Positions 6,798 through 15,120 of a stretch of DNA of 32,000 nucleotides are shown here, one piece after another. The translations under genes and the position numbers were made by a program. This stretch comes from Haloferax volcanii DS2. GTDB taxonomy: Archaea > Halobacteriota > Halobacteria > Halobacteriales > Haloferacaceae. The notes beneath the pieces are model-generated. The model did no database searches. It was not told the DNA's origin and was given only the letters and a program-made list of their open reading frames with translations. How positions within the stretch are numbered: the stretch's first letter is position 1; each line of letters starts with the position of its first letter. The DNA is taken from positions 900,001 through 932,000 of the forward strand of contig NC_013967.1 in assembly GCF_000025685.1 (NCBI RefSeq). Reading direction: 5' to 3'.

Positions 6798-7904
6798 ATG
6801 ACGCCCTTCGAACGACGGACCCGCGCCTGTCAGGAGCGACTGGCCGACGTGGACGCCGACGCGACCGTGCTGTTCCCCAGCCGAAACCTGCTGTACCTCT
6901 CGGGCTTCGACGAGGAACCCGCAGAGCGCCACCTGCTTTTGTTCGTCCCCCGCGAGGGCGCGCCGGCGTTCCTCGTCCCCGACCTCTACGAGACGCAGGT
7001 CCGCGCCGAGTCGTGGGTCGCTGACGTGCGGACGTGGAGCGACGACGACGACCCGCGGGACGCCCTCGCGGACATCGTCTCGGACCTCGGCCTCGCCGGC
7101 GGCCGCGTCCTCGTCGACGACACGATGTGGGCGCGCCTCTCGCAGGACCTCCGGGCGGCGCTCCCCGACGCCGACTTCGACCTCGCGAGCGAGGTCGTCG
7201 CGCCGCTGCGCGCGCGGAAGGACGACGCCGAACTCGACGCGCTCCGCCGCGCCGGGGCGACCGTCGACCGCGCGGTCGAGCGCGTCCGCGACATGGGCGC
7301 GGACGCCGTCAGCATGACCGAGAACGAACTCGCCGCGGAAATCGAGCGCCTCCTCGCGGACGAGGGCGGCGAGGGGATTCCCTTCGGCCCGCTCGTCGGG
7401 TCAGGTCCCAACGGCGCGATGCCCCACCACAGCCACGGCGACCGCGTCATCGAGTCGGGCGACCCGGTCGTCCTCGACTTCGGGACCGTCGTCGACCACT
7501 ACCCGAGCGACCAGACCCGAACCGTCGTCTTCGCCGGTGAGCCGCCCGCGGAGTTCGCCGAGGTCCACGGCGTCGTACAGGCCGCCCGGACCGCCGCCGT
7601 CGAGACCGTCGAACCGGGCGTCACCGCCGGCGACGTCGACCGCGCGGCCCGCGAGGTCATCGAGGAGGCGGGCTACGGCGACCGCTTCATCCACCGGACC
7701 GGCCACGGCGTCGGCCTCGACGTGCACGAAGAGCCGTACATCGTCGCCGGGAGCGACCGCGAACTCGAAGTCGGGAACGTCTTCAGCGTCGAACCGGGCG
7801 TCTATCTCCCCGACGAGTTCGGCGTCCGAATCGAGGACCTCGTCGTCGTCACCGACGACGGCGCGGAACTCCTGAACGACACCGACCGCGGCTGGCGCTG
7901 CTGA
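6798..7904 (+). CDS. M24 family Xaa-Pro aminopeptidase/dipeptidase
   Basis: Track ORF 6720..7904. Creatinase/prolidase N-domain plus the pita-bread fold metal ligands (VVLDFG, DQTR, HRTGHGVGLDVHE, VFSVEPG, GVRIED). ATG 6798 has a CTTTTC element about 27 nt upstream. Confidence 0.92.
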   Translation: MTPFERRTRACQERLADVDADATVLFPSRNLLYLSGFDEEPAERHLLLFVPREGAPAFLVPDLYETQVRAESWVADVRTWSDDDDPRDALADIVSDLGLAGGRVLVDDTMWARLSQDLRAALPDADFDLASEVVAPLRARKDDAELDALRRAGATVDRAVERVRDMGADAVSMTENELAAEIERLLADEGGEGIPFGPLVGSGPNGAMPHHSHGDRVIESGDPVVLDFGTVVDHYPSDQTRTVVFAGEPPAEFAEVHGVVQAARTAAVETVEPGVTAGDVDRAAREVIEEAGYGDRFIHRTGHGVGLDVHEEPYIVAGSDRELEVGNVFSVEPGVYLPDEFGVRIEDLVVVTDDGAELLNDTDRGWRC

Positions 7905-7932
7905 CCGGGCACCGGTAACGTGACCTGGAACT

Positions 7933-7938
7933 ATTAAC
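7933..7938 (+). promoter_or_regulatory. TATA-like TATTAA upstream of the 7962 gene
   Basis: AT-rich hexamer about 27 nt upstream of ATG 7962. Confidence 0.4.
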
Positions 7939-7961
7939 TTCCTGACCACCGTAGCGGGCGT

Positions 7962-8150
7962 ATGGTCTCCCGACAGACGTTCGTCGTCACCGGGTTCGTC
8001 CTCGCCGCCCTCCCCGCCGCCTATCTCGTCGAGCTAGCCACCGGACAGTTCGTCCTCTCGTTTTTCGCGCTCCTCGGCGTCGGCGTCGGCGCGCCGTCGC
8101 TCGTCAACGACTACCTCGATAGTCGCGAGCGCGACGAAGACGGGGTCTGA
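7962..8150 (+). CDS. Small membrane protein (62 aa, two hydrophobic helices, acidic tail)
   Basis: ATG start with TATA-like element at -27. High GC3. Hydrophobic segments FVVTGFVLAALPAAYLV and FVLSFFALLGVGVGAP. Confidence 0.55.
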   Translation: MVSRQTFVVTGFVLAALPAAYLVELATGQFVLSFFALLGVGVGAPSLVNDYLDSRERDEDGV

Positions 8151-8162
8151 GTCCGAATCCCG

Positions 8163-8198
8163 AAAAAATCAGTACCGTAGTCGATACCGACGCGTCGG
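8163..8198 (-). terminator. Palindrome CCGACGCGTCGG (8187-8198) followed by a T6 tract on the minus strand (8163-8168)
   Basis: A perfect 12-bp palindrome begins 4 nt after the stop of the 8202..9338 gene, and the oligo-T tract lies about 20 nt further downstream on the minus strand. Confidence 0.4.
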
Positions 8199-8201
8199 CC
8201 G

Positions 8202-9338
8202 TTACTCGTCGTCTTCGTCGGCGGCCGCGTCGTCAGTCGCACCGTCGTCAGCCGCGCCGCCGTCGCCGGACGGCTCGACGTTGCCGATGATGGCGTCGAT
8301 GTCGGCGTGTTCGTACAGCAGGTCGCGCATCCGGTTGACCGTGCGCTCGTCGCGGGTGCGGCCCGTGCTGACGATGTCCTCGGCGCGGTCGGTCACGGAG
8401 AGCGTGTCGCCGTTGACGAGGAGCACCGGGACGCCTTTCTCTTCGGCCTTGCCGATGACGGCCCCGACGGGTCGGTGGCCGCCGGTGAGGATGATACATT
8501 TGACGCCGGGGGCTTCGAGCGCGGCGCGCTGGATGTTCGCGCGGTCGCCGCCGGTGATGACCGCGGCGTTCTTCGTGCGGCGGAAGTAGCGGAGCGCCGC
8601 GTCGCCGCCCATCGCGCCGACGAGGAAGCGCTCGACGAAGGCGTCGGTCGGCGCGTCGGTCGCGAGGTCCGCGCCGAGTTCGTTGGCGAGTTCCTCGACG
8701 GTGACGCCCGCGAGGTCCTTTTCGGTCGGGACGACGCCGAGGACAGGAACGCCGCGGGCTTCGAGGAACGGCGCGACCTCGGTTTCGAGTTCGTCGTAGG
8801 CGGAATCGCTCACGCGGTTGAAGACGACGCCCGCGAGGCGGTCGGGGCCGATGTCTTCGACCGCCGCGACCACGTCGTCGAGGTCGCTCGGGTGCTGGTA
8901 GTCGGCGACGAGGACGACTTCGGCGTCGAGGAGGTCCGCCACGTCTCCGTCGGTGAGGTCCACGATGCCGCCGGTGCGGTAGGAGCCGCCGCCCTCGACG
9001 AGCATCAGGTCCTTGCCGGCCGAGATGTCCTCGAAGTGGTGGGAGATGACCTCCGAAAGCTCCTCGGCGTTCTCCTTGCCGCGGACCGCGCCCTGGATGA
9101 ACGTCGGGGAGTAGACGACGGGTTCGAGCTGGTGCATCTCCGCGTCGATGTCGAGCAGTTCGCGGGCGAGCATCGGGTCCTCGTCGAGCGTCTTGCCGGT
9201 GCTGGACTGGAGGCGGGTGCCCTTGGGCTTCATGTAGCCCACGTCCAGTCCGCGCTCCGTGGCGAGGACGCCGAGTGCGAGCGTGATTGCGGTCTTCCCG
9301 GTGCTTTCTCCGGTCGAGGTGACGAGTACCGTGTTCAT
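8202..9338 (-). CDS. Phosphotransacetylase-family protein carrying only the Pta N-terminal-like module (P-loop/DTBS-like plus DRTGG-type), with no PTA catalytic domain
   Basis: N-terminus VTSTGESTGKTAITLALG (P-loop-like). Central and C-terminal VITGGDRANIQ and IILTGGHRP (DRTGG-type). Polyacidic tail. It starts 26 nt downstream of the ACD gene on the same strand. Confidence 0.82.
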   Translation of the reverse strand: MNTVLVTSTGESTGKTAITLALGVLATERGLDVGYMKPKGTRLQSSTGKTLDEDPMLARELLDIDAEMHQLEPVVYSPTFIQGAVRGKENAEELSEVISHHFEDISAGKDLMLVEGGGSYRTGGIVDLTDGDVADLLDAEVVLVADYQHPSDLDDVVAAVEDIGPDRLAGVVFNRVSDSAYDELETEVAPFLEARGVPVLGVVPTEKDLAGVTVEELANELGADLATDAPTDAFVERFLVGAMGGDAALRYFRRTKNAAVITGGDRANIQRAALEAPGVKCIILTGGHRPVGAVIGKAEEKGVPVLLVNGDTLSVTDRAEDIVSTGRTRDERTVNRMRDLLYEHADIDAIIGNVEPSGDGGAADDGATDDAAADEDDE

Positions 9339-9364
9339 TGTTGAATGGTAGGGTGGTGAAGTGT

Positions 9365-11458
9365 TTAAAGTTCGTCCGGGTCCACGGTGAGTCGAACGTC
9401 GACGGCCTTCACGCCGTCCGGCAGCGCGACGAGCGGGTTGATGTCGAGTTCGAGGATGGCCGGGAAGTCGGTGACGAGTTGGGAGAGCCGCTGGATGGTC
9501 TCCGTGATGCCGCCGATGTCGACCGGGTCGTTCCCGCGGGCCCCGCGGAGCATCGGCGCGGCGTCGATTTCCTTCGTCATGTCTTCCGCTTCCGTCTCGG
9601 AGACGGGCGCGACGCGGAACGTCGTGTCCTCGAGGATTTCCACGAAGATGCCGCCGAGTCCGAACATCATGAGCGGGCCGAACTGCGGGTCGCGGTTCAT
9701 GCCGACGATGGTCTCGACGCCGTCGTCGAGATTCACCATCTCTTGGACCTGCACGCCGAGGATGTTGGCGTCGGGCTGGTAGTTCTTCGCGCGGGTGATG
9801 AGGTCCTCGTAGGCGTCGTAGACGTCCTCGTTTTCGACGCCGACCTTGACGCCGCCGATGTCGGACTTGTGGAGGATGTCCGGGCTGACGATTTTCATCA
9901 CGACGTTGCCGTCGATGTCCTCCGCGACTTCGAGCGCGTCGGCGGGGTCGTCGACGATGTCGCCGGCCGGCGTCTCGATGCCGTAGGCGTCGAGCAGTTC
10001 CATCGCTTCGACGCCGAGACGGGTCTCGTCGCGGTCCTTGACCGTTTCGAGGATTTCGCGGGCACGCTCGCGGTCCACGTCGAACTCGGTGGGCGCGTCG
10101 TACTCGCGCTGGCGGATGTCGGCGTACTTCGAGAGGGCTTCGAGCCCGTCGACGGCGCGCGAGGGGTCGAAGTAGTTCGGGATGCCGGCGTCTTTCATCA
10201 CGTCGGAGGCGGCATCGACGCGCTCGCCGCCCATGAAGCAGGCGGCGATGGGCTTGTCGTACTCTTCTTGGAGTTCGACGGTGTCGGCGGCGAGTTGGTT
10301 GTAGTCGAGGACGGCCGTCGGACAGGTCAGGACGAGCGCCATGCCGACGTTGTCGTCGGCGAGCGCCACGTCGAGGGCCTCCTTGAACCGGGCGTTGTCG
10401 GCGTCACCGACGATGTCGACCGGGTTGTAGATGTTCCCCTCGGCGGGGAGCGACTCGGAGAACGCTTCGAGCGTCTCGTCGGTGAAGTCGGCCATCTGGA
10501 GTTCCGACTCGCCGATGGCGTCGGTCGTCATGACGCCGGGGCCGCCGGCGTTCGTGATGACGGCCACGTCCTTGTTCTCGGGGAGCGGCTGGTCGCCCAG
10601 CACGCGGGCGGTGTCGAACAGGTGCTGGACGGAGTCCGCGCGGATGACGCCCGCCTGTTCGAGGCCGGCCTCGTAGGCGGCGTCGGAGCCGGCGATGGTG
10701 CCGGTGTGCGAGGAGGCTGCCTGCGCGCCGGCGTCGGTCTTGCCGGACTTGACGAGGACGATGGGCGTGTCCTTCGTCACGTCGCGGGCGGAGTCGATGA
10801 ACTCGCGACCCGCCGAGATGCCTTCGAGGTAGCCGATGATGACCTCGGTGTCGGGGTCGTCGTTCCACGTCTCGATGAAGTCGGCCTCGTCGAGGACGGC
10901 CTTGTTGCCCAGCGAGACGATGTCCTTGAAGCCGATGTCCTCGTCGTTGGCCCAGTCGATGACGGCCGTGATGAACGCGCCCGACTGGCTCATGAAGGAC
11001 ATGTTGCCGTCGAGGGCCATGTCGGGGCCGAACGTCGCGTTCATGCCCACGTCCGTGTTCATGATGCCCAGACTGTTCGGGCCGACGACGTTGAGGTCGT
11101 ACTCCTCCGCGATGTCGCGGAGTTCCTGCTCGCGGGCGGCACCCTCGCTGCCCGTCTCGCCGAAGCCGGCGGTGATGACGACCACGTTCTGGATGCCCGC
11201 CTCCCCGGCGGACTTCATCGCCGGCAGGACGACCTTCGGAGGGACGACGATGACCGCGAGGTCGGCGTCCGTCTCGCCGACGTCGCCGTAGCACTGGAGA
11301 CCGAACAGTTCGTCGTACTTGGGGTTGACCGGAACGACCTCACCGTCGAACTCGTCGATGAGGTTGTCCATGATTGCCCGCCCGATTGCTCCTTCGCGCT
11401 CGGTCGCACCGACCACCGCGATTCGGTTCGGCGCGAACAATTCGGATAGCTCTCCCAT
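9365..11458 (-). CDS. acd: ADP-forming acetyl-CoA synthetase (acetate--CoA ligase, fused alpha/beta, NDP-forming acyl-CoA synthetase family)
   Basis: Track ORF 9365..11542. CoA-binding N-terminus (NRIAVVGATEREGAIG), phosphohistidine loop (AASSHTGTIAGSD) and a C-terminal ATP-grasp region. ATG 11458 has a TTTATC element on the minus strand about 27 nt upstream. Confidence 0.95.
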   Translation of the reverse strand: MGELSELFAPNRIAVVGATEREGAIGRAIMDNLIDEFDGEVVPVNPKYDELFGLQCYGDVGETDADLAVIVVPPKVVLPAMKSAGEAGIQNVVVITAGFGETGSEGAAREQELRDIAEEYDLNVVGPNSLGIMNTDVGMNATFGPDMALDGNMSFMSQSGAFITAVIDWANDEDIGFKDIVSLGNKAVLDEADFIETWNDDPDTEVIIGYLEGISAGREFIDSARDVTKDTPIVLVKSGKTDAGAQAASSHTGTIAGSDAAYEAGLEQAGVIRADSVQHLFDTARVLGDQPLPENKDVAVITNAGGPGVMTTDAIGESELQMADFTDETLEAFSESLPAEGNIYNPVDIVGDADNARFKEALDVALADDNVGMALVLTCPTAVLDYNQLAADTVELQEEYDKPIAACFMGGERVDAASDVMKDAGIPNYFDPSRAVDGLEALSKYADIRQREYDAPTEFDVDRERAREILETVKDRDETRLGVEAMELLDAYGIETPAGDIVDDPADALEVAEDIDGNVVMKIVSPDILHKSDIGGVKVGVENEDVYDAYEDLITRAKNYQPDANILGVQVQEMVNLDDGVETIVGMNRDPQFGPLMMFGLGGIFVEILEDTTFRVAPVSETEAEDMTKEIDAAPMLRGARGNDPVDIGGITETIQRLSQLVTDFPAILELDINPLVALPDGVKAVDVRLTVDPDEL

Positions 11459-11665
11459 TGGTTGTTGATTCCCGTCATTGACTGATAAACTCGGTGGTGT
11501 GGGCGCTCTCACGGCCTTTGGTGGCACGATACAGTAGCGCAATTAATCGGGAGGGTTCGTGATTTATACCACAGAATTGGGCCGAATACGCTCGTCAAGT
11601 GGAGGGTATCGACGCCGGCCCCTGGCGGCCAAACACATAACACCGTCGCCTGAAAACGACGGGCT

Positions 11666-11926
11666 ATGTCCCCACCACCGGACGACACGCCACTCCACCG
11701 GACCGCGGGCGCGAAAGTCGCCGTCGCGGTGTTCCTCGCGCTGACGCTCGCCTACGCGCTTCTCATCGCCCAGCAAGTCCTCGCGTGGGTGTTTCTCGTC
11801 GTTATCGTCGTCGTCATCTGGTACGCCGCCAGACTCGTCGTCGCCATGGAGGAAATCGCGACGCAACTCGGCCGTCTCGCCGACGAACGCACCGATTCTC
11901 GCGGCCGGGGCGACGAATCAAGCTGA
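11666..11926 (+). CDS. Small membrane protein (86 aa, two TM helices plus charged C-terminal helix)
   Basis: ATG start and high GC3. Hydrophobic segments VAVAVFLALTLAYALLIA and WVFLVVIVVVIWYAARLVV. Confidence 0.55.
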   Translation: MSPPPDDTPLHRTAGAKVAVAVFLALTLAYALLIAQQVLAWVFLVVIVVVIWYAARLVVAMEEIATQLGRLADERTDSRGRGDESS

Positions 11927-12136
11927 GATTAAATCACGGCCGACGCGCTCGAACCAGAGACCGTCTCGCCCGCGAATCGGTCAGTCGAGAAATCAAAGAT
12001 AAGCCGATAGAATCGCCAGTCCGTCCGTTTTTCCGAGTATCGGAGAAACCTGAGGGTTCCGATTACGAGACAATTTTATTCACAGTTCTTATATTCTTAA
12101 CTAACTTCGGGGGAGCGCGACGTTCCACCCGCAACA

Positions 12137-12889
12137 ATGTACCCGTTACAAGTCACGCTGACCGAGTCCATCGCAGAGTTGACCAACGCCGTGCTCGCGT
12201 TCGTCCCGCGGCTCGTGGGCGCGCTGTTGATTCTCATCGTCGGCTGGTTCATCGGCAGCATCGCGGCCCGGCTCATCACGCGGGTCGCCGACCGCGTCGA
12301 AGTCGACAAGGCCGTGTTGGCGACGCCCGTCGGGAAGATTCTCGGCGGGACCGAAAAGGCCGTCTCGGGCGCGTTCGGGACGCTCGGCAAGTGGTTCGTC
12401 TACGCTATCGCCGTGCTCGCGGCCGCCGACGTGCTCGCGGTCGACCTGTTTTCCGAATGGGTCTCGACCGCGGCGTCGTACGCGCCGTCGTTCGTGGCCG
12501 GCCTGCTCGTCATCGTCCTCGGATTCGTCGTCGCCGACTTCATCGGTGACGCCATCACCCGGACCCGCGCGGCGACCGAGACGCCGTACACGAGCGTCTT
12601 CGCGGTCGGCACCCGGATGTTCCTCTACTTCACCGCCGTCGTCATCGGTCTGAGCACGATGGGCATCGACGTGGCCATTCTGTTCACCATCGCGCAGGCG
12701 TTCGCGTGGGGCATCGCCGCGGCCCTCGCCATCGGCGTCGGCGGCGCGGTCGCCTTCGGCGCGCGCGACTACGTCTCGGCCAACGTCGAGCGCTGGATGG
12801 GGTCGGCCCGCTCCGTCGCGGCCACCCCCGTCTCGCCTATGGGCGGCGACACCGACTCACCCGAGGGCGCGTCGCCGGCCGACGACTGA
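12137..12889 (+). CDS. Membrane protein with conserved TM-helix repeats (MscS-associated 'TM helix' type), function unknown
   Basis: The N-terminus (LVGALLILIVGWFIGSIAARLITRVADRV) and a second similar unit (LLVIVLGFVVADFIGDAITR) resemble the conserved TM-helix repeat family. An AT-rich promoter region lies upstream at about 12070-12110. Confidence 0.7.
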   Translation: MYPLQVTLTESIAELTNAVLAFVPRLVGALLILIVGWFIGSIAARLITRVADRVEVDKAVLATPVGKILGGTEKAVSGAFGTLGKWFVYAIAVLAAADVLAVDLFSEWVSTAASYAPSFVAGLLVIVLGFVVADFIGDAITRTRAATETPYTSVFAVGTRMFLYFTAVVIGLSTMGIDVAILFTIAQAFAWGIAAALAIGVGGAVAFGARDYVSANVERWMGSARSVAATPVSPMGGDTDSPEGASPADD

Positions 12890-12938
12890 CCGCAGAGTCC
12901 CGATATATCAGAATATCTATCTCATCTTCTTGTCGGAG

Positions 12939-12943
12939 TTTTT
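12939..12943 (+). terminator. T5 tract about 50 nt downstream of the 12137..12889 gene
   Basis: GGAGTTTTTGG read directly. Oligo-T is the typical archaeal termination signal. Confidence 0.35.
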
Positions 12944-13037
12944 GGCCCGTCTAAACTGTCTGAGGCTTGCTACCCGCAACTCAAATATTTAGGCAAGCCA
13001 AAAATATCTGGTATATGATAATACTTATCGGCGCCGA

Positions 13038-13850
13038 GTGGCTACGTTCGGTATGGACCAGTTTGCCGCTCTCACGTTCGTCTTTCTCGCGGGGCTCGTC
13101 ACGGCCATCGCGACCGGGGTCGGCGCGATTCCGTTCTTCTTCGTCTCGGACGTGAGCGACCGCTGGAACGTGGCGCTGTGGGGCGTCGCCTCGGGCATCA
13201 TGGTGTCGGCGTCGCTGTTCGGCCTCGTCTTCGAGGGACTCGCGAACGGGACGCCGCTCCAACTCGGCATCGGAATGCTCGCCGGCGTCGCGCTCGTCCT
13301 CGTCGCCCACCACGTCATCGAGGGCGCGGAGGTCAACCCCAAGCAGTACGAGGAGGCCGACTTCCGCAAACTGCTGTTGATTCTCGGCATCCTCACCGTC
13401 CACAGCTTTCCCGAGGGCGTCGCCGTCGGCGTCTCGTTTGCCGACCTCGGCCTCGACGGCGGCTTCCAGCTGTTCGGCTTCGTCGTCCCGCTGCTCGCGG
13501 TGTTCATGACTCTCGCCATCTCGATTCACAACGTCCCCGAGGGGCTGGCCATCTCCATCCCGCTGCGGTCGATGAACGTCTCGAACTGGAAGCTCGTCTG
13601 GTGGGCCATCTTCTCCAGTCTGCCCCAGCCCATCGGCGCGGTTATCGCGTTCTACTTCGTCCGCATCGCCCGGGAGTTCCTCCCGTTCGGCTTCGGCTTC
13701 GCGGCGGGCGCGATGGTGTTTCTCGTCCTCACGGAGTTCATCCCCGAGGCGCTCGAACTCGGAAAGCGCCTCCCGCGCGGCGGCCGGGTCGAACTGCTCG
13801 CCGGACTCACCGCCGGCTTCGCCGTCATGGTCCCGCTGGCGTTCATCTGA
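13038..13850 (+). CDS. ZIP family metal (zinc/iron) transporter
   Basis: ZIP signature HNVPEGLAISIPL, HSFPEGVAVG, and about 8 TM segments. The start is either GTG 13038 or ATG 13053. An AT-rich TATA region lies at 13001-13028. Confidence 0.9.
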   Translation: MATFGMDQFAALTFVFLAGLVTAIATGVGAIPFFFVSDVSDRWNVALWGVASGIMVSASLFGLVFEGLANGTPLQLGIGMLAGVALVLVAHHVIEGAEVNPKQYEEADFRKLLLILGILTVHSFPEGVAVGVSFADLGLDGGFQLFGFVVPLLAVFMTLAISIHNVPEGLAISIPLRSMNVSNWKLVWWAIFSSLPQPIGAVIAFYFVRIAREFLPFGFGFAAGAMVFLVLTEFIPEALELGKRLPRGGRVELLAGLTAGFAVMVPLAFI

Positions 13851-13946
13851 GCGCGGCGGACCCGCCACGACGGCTCAGACGCGTGGCTCTCACTTTCGAC
13901 TCGGAACGACAGAGAAAACCGCGTCGCCGCGACCCGCGACTTCGAC

Positions 13947-14231
13947 TTAGTGCGAGTGGCCGAGCGCGTCCGACAGCGGGACGCCGAAGCGGTCCTCGAA
14001 CAGCTCTTCCATCTGTTCGTTGATTTCAGCGATGTCGGCCGGCGCGCCGCCCTCGCTGTGGTGCGCGACGACGTGTGCCTGCTGTGCGAACGCCTGCACG
14101 ACCACGTCGGCGACGACGTCGGTCGGGTCTTCGCCCTGCTCCGCGAAGACGTCGACGAGGCCCGCGGGGAGTTCCAGCGCTTCGGTGTCTCCGCCCGGTC
14201 CCTCGATGGTGTACGTCTCAGTTTCGACCAT
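13947..14231 (-). CDS. Small acidic cytoplasmic protein (94 aa), hypothetical
   Basis: Track ORF 13947..14387, whose first 52 residues are Arg/Pro-rich. The ATG at 14231 gives MVETETYTIEGPGGDTEALELPAGL... with haloarchaeal acidic composition. Confidence 0.6.
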   Translation of the reverse strand: MVETETYTIEGPGGDTEALELPAGLVDVFAEQGEDPTDVVADVVVQAFAQQAHVVAHHSEGGAPADIAEINEQMEELFEDRFGVPLSDALGHSH

Positions 14232-14364
14232 GCCACCACGTGGGGTCGGCCGCGGGTTAAGGCTTGAGTTTGCGGGCGCGCCGGACGCCCTCGGGGAGCG
14301 CTCCGAGCACCCGTGAGCCACGGTTGCCGCGCTGCGCGTCGCGGCGCGGTCGCGCGTCTCCGCC

Positions 14365-15120
14365 TCAATCGGTCCGCGGAATCGCAACCGTCCCCGCCGC
14401 GAAGAAGACGACCGCGAGGGCCGCGAGAACCGCGAGGTTGGTGAGCCAGCCGCCGCCGCCGTAGGTGAGCGCCCGGACGCCGCGGGCGAAGTACGTGAGC
14501 GGCGAGAGATTCAGCGCGGGGACGAACCACGCCGGGAGCAGGTCGGGCGTCACGAACGTCTCCGAGAGGAACAACAGGGGCAGCGCGATGGCGTTGCTCG
14601 CGGCGATGACGCCGTCCTGCGAGTCCGCGACGCTCCCGATGACGGCCCCGAGGCCGCAAAACAGCGTCACGCCGAGCGCGACAAAGGGGACGACTGCGAG
14701 CGTCGCGGGCGTCAGCGGAATCGACGCGCCCGTCACGAGCGCCGACAGCGCGAGGAGCAACAGCGCCGCGAGGCCGATGACGACGACGTTGACGAGCGAG
14801 TGCGCGAGGAGCCACTCGGCGCGCGACAGCGGCGTCGTCGCCAGTTTCTCGAAGCGGCTTCCGTCGCGGTGGCGGGCGATGGTGCTGCCGACCCGCGACA
14901 GCGGGGTGAAAAGCACGACGACCGCGAGGTAGCCGGCGATGTAGTACTCCTTCGGCTCGGCGAACAGGCCGCCGCCGGTCGGCTGGGTCTGCACGAGCGC
15001 CCCGAAGATGACGACGATGATGGCGGGGAAGAAGAACGTGAAGAAGACCGCCGTCCGCCGCCGGAGGAACGAGTGCCACGAGGCGACGAACTCCGAGCGG
15101 ACGCGGGCGGCGAGGCTCAT
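14365..15120 (-). CDS. ABC-2 type transporter permease
   Basis: Six hydrophobic segments in the ABC-2 pattern. Its ATG overlaps the upstream ATPase stop codon (ATGA at 15117-15120). Confidence 0.85.
   Translation of the reverse strand: MSLAARVRSEFVASWHSFLRRRTAVFFTFFFPAIIVVIFGALVQTQPTGGGLFAEPKEYYIAGYLAVVVLFTPLSRVGSTIARHRDGSRFEKLATTPLSRAEWLLAHSLVNVVVIGLAALLLLALSALVTGASIPLTPATLAVVPFVALGVTLFCGLGAVIGSVADSQDGVIAASNAIALPLLFLSETFVTPDLLPAWFVPALNLSPLTYFARGVRALTYGGGGWLTNLAVLAALAVVFFAAGTVAIPRTD

Noticed and set aside
8307-11449. 345-aa and 703-aa plus-strand ORFs antisense to the Pta-like and ACD genes
   Set aside because: They are long stop-free antisense frames typical of high-GC genomes, with repetitive V/D/G/R-rich translations. 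The ACD and Pta-like frames carry unambiguous motifs.
12127-12980. Shared 9-mer ACCCGCAAC upstream of two neighbouring genes (12127-12135 and 12972-12980)
   Set aside because: Under uniform base composition, a specific 9-mer recurring once in 2 x 32 kb has an expectation of a few tenths. That is not significant alone, so it is mentioned only as a side note.
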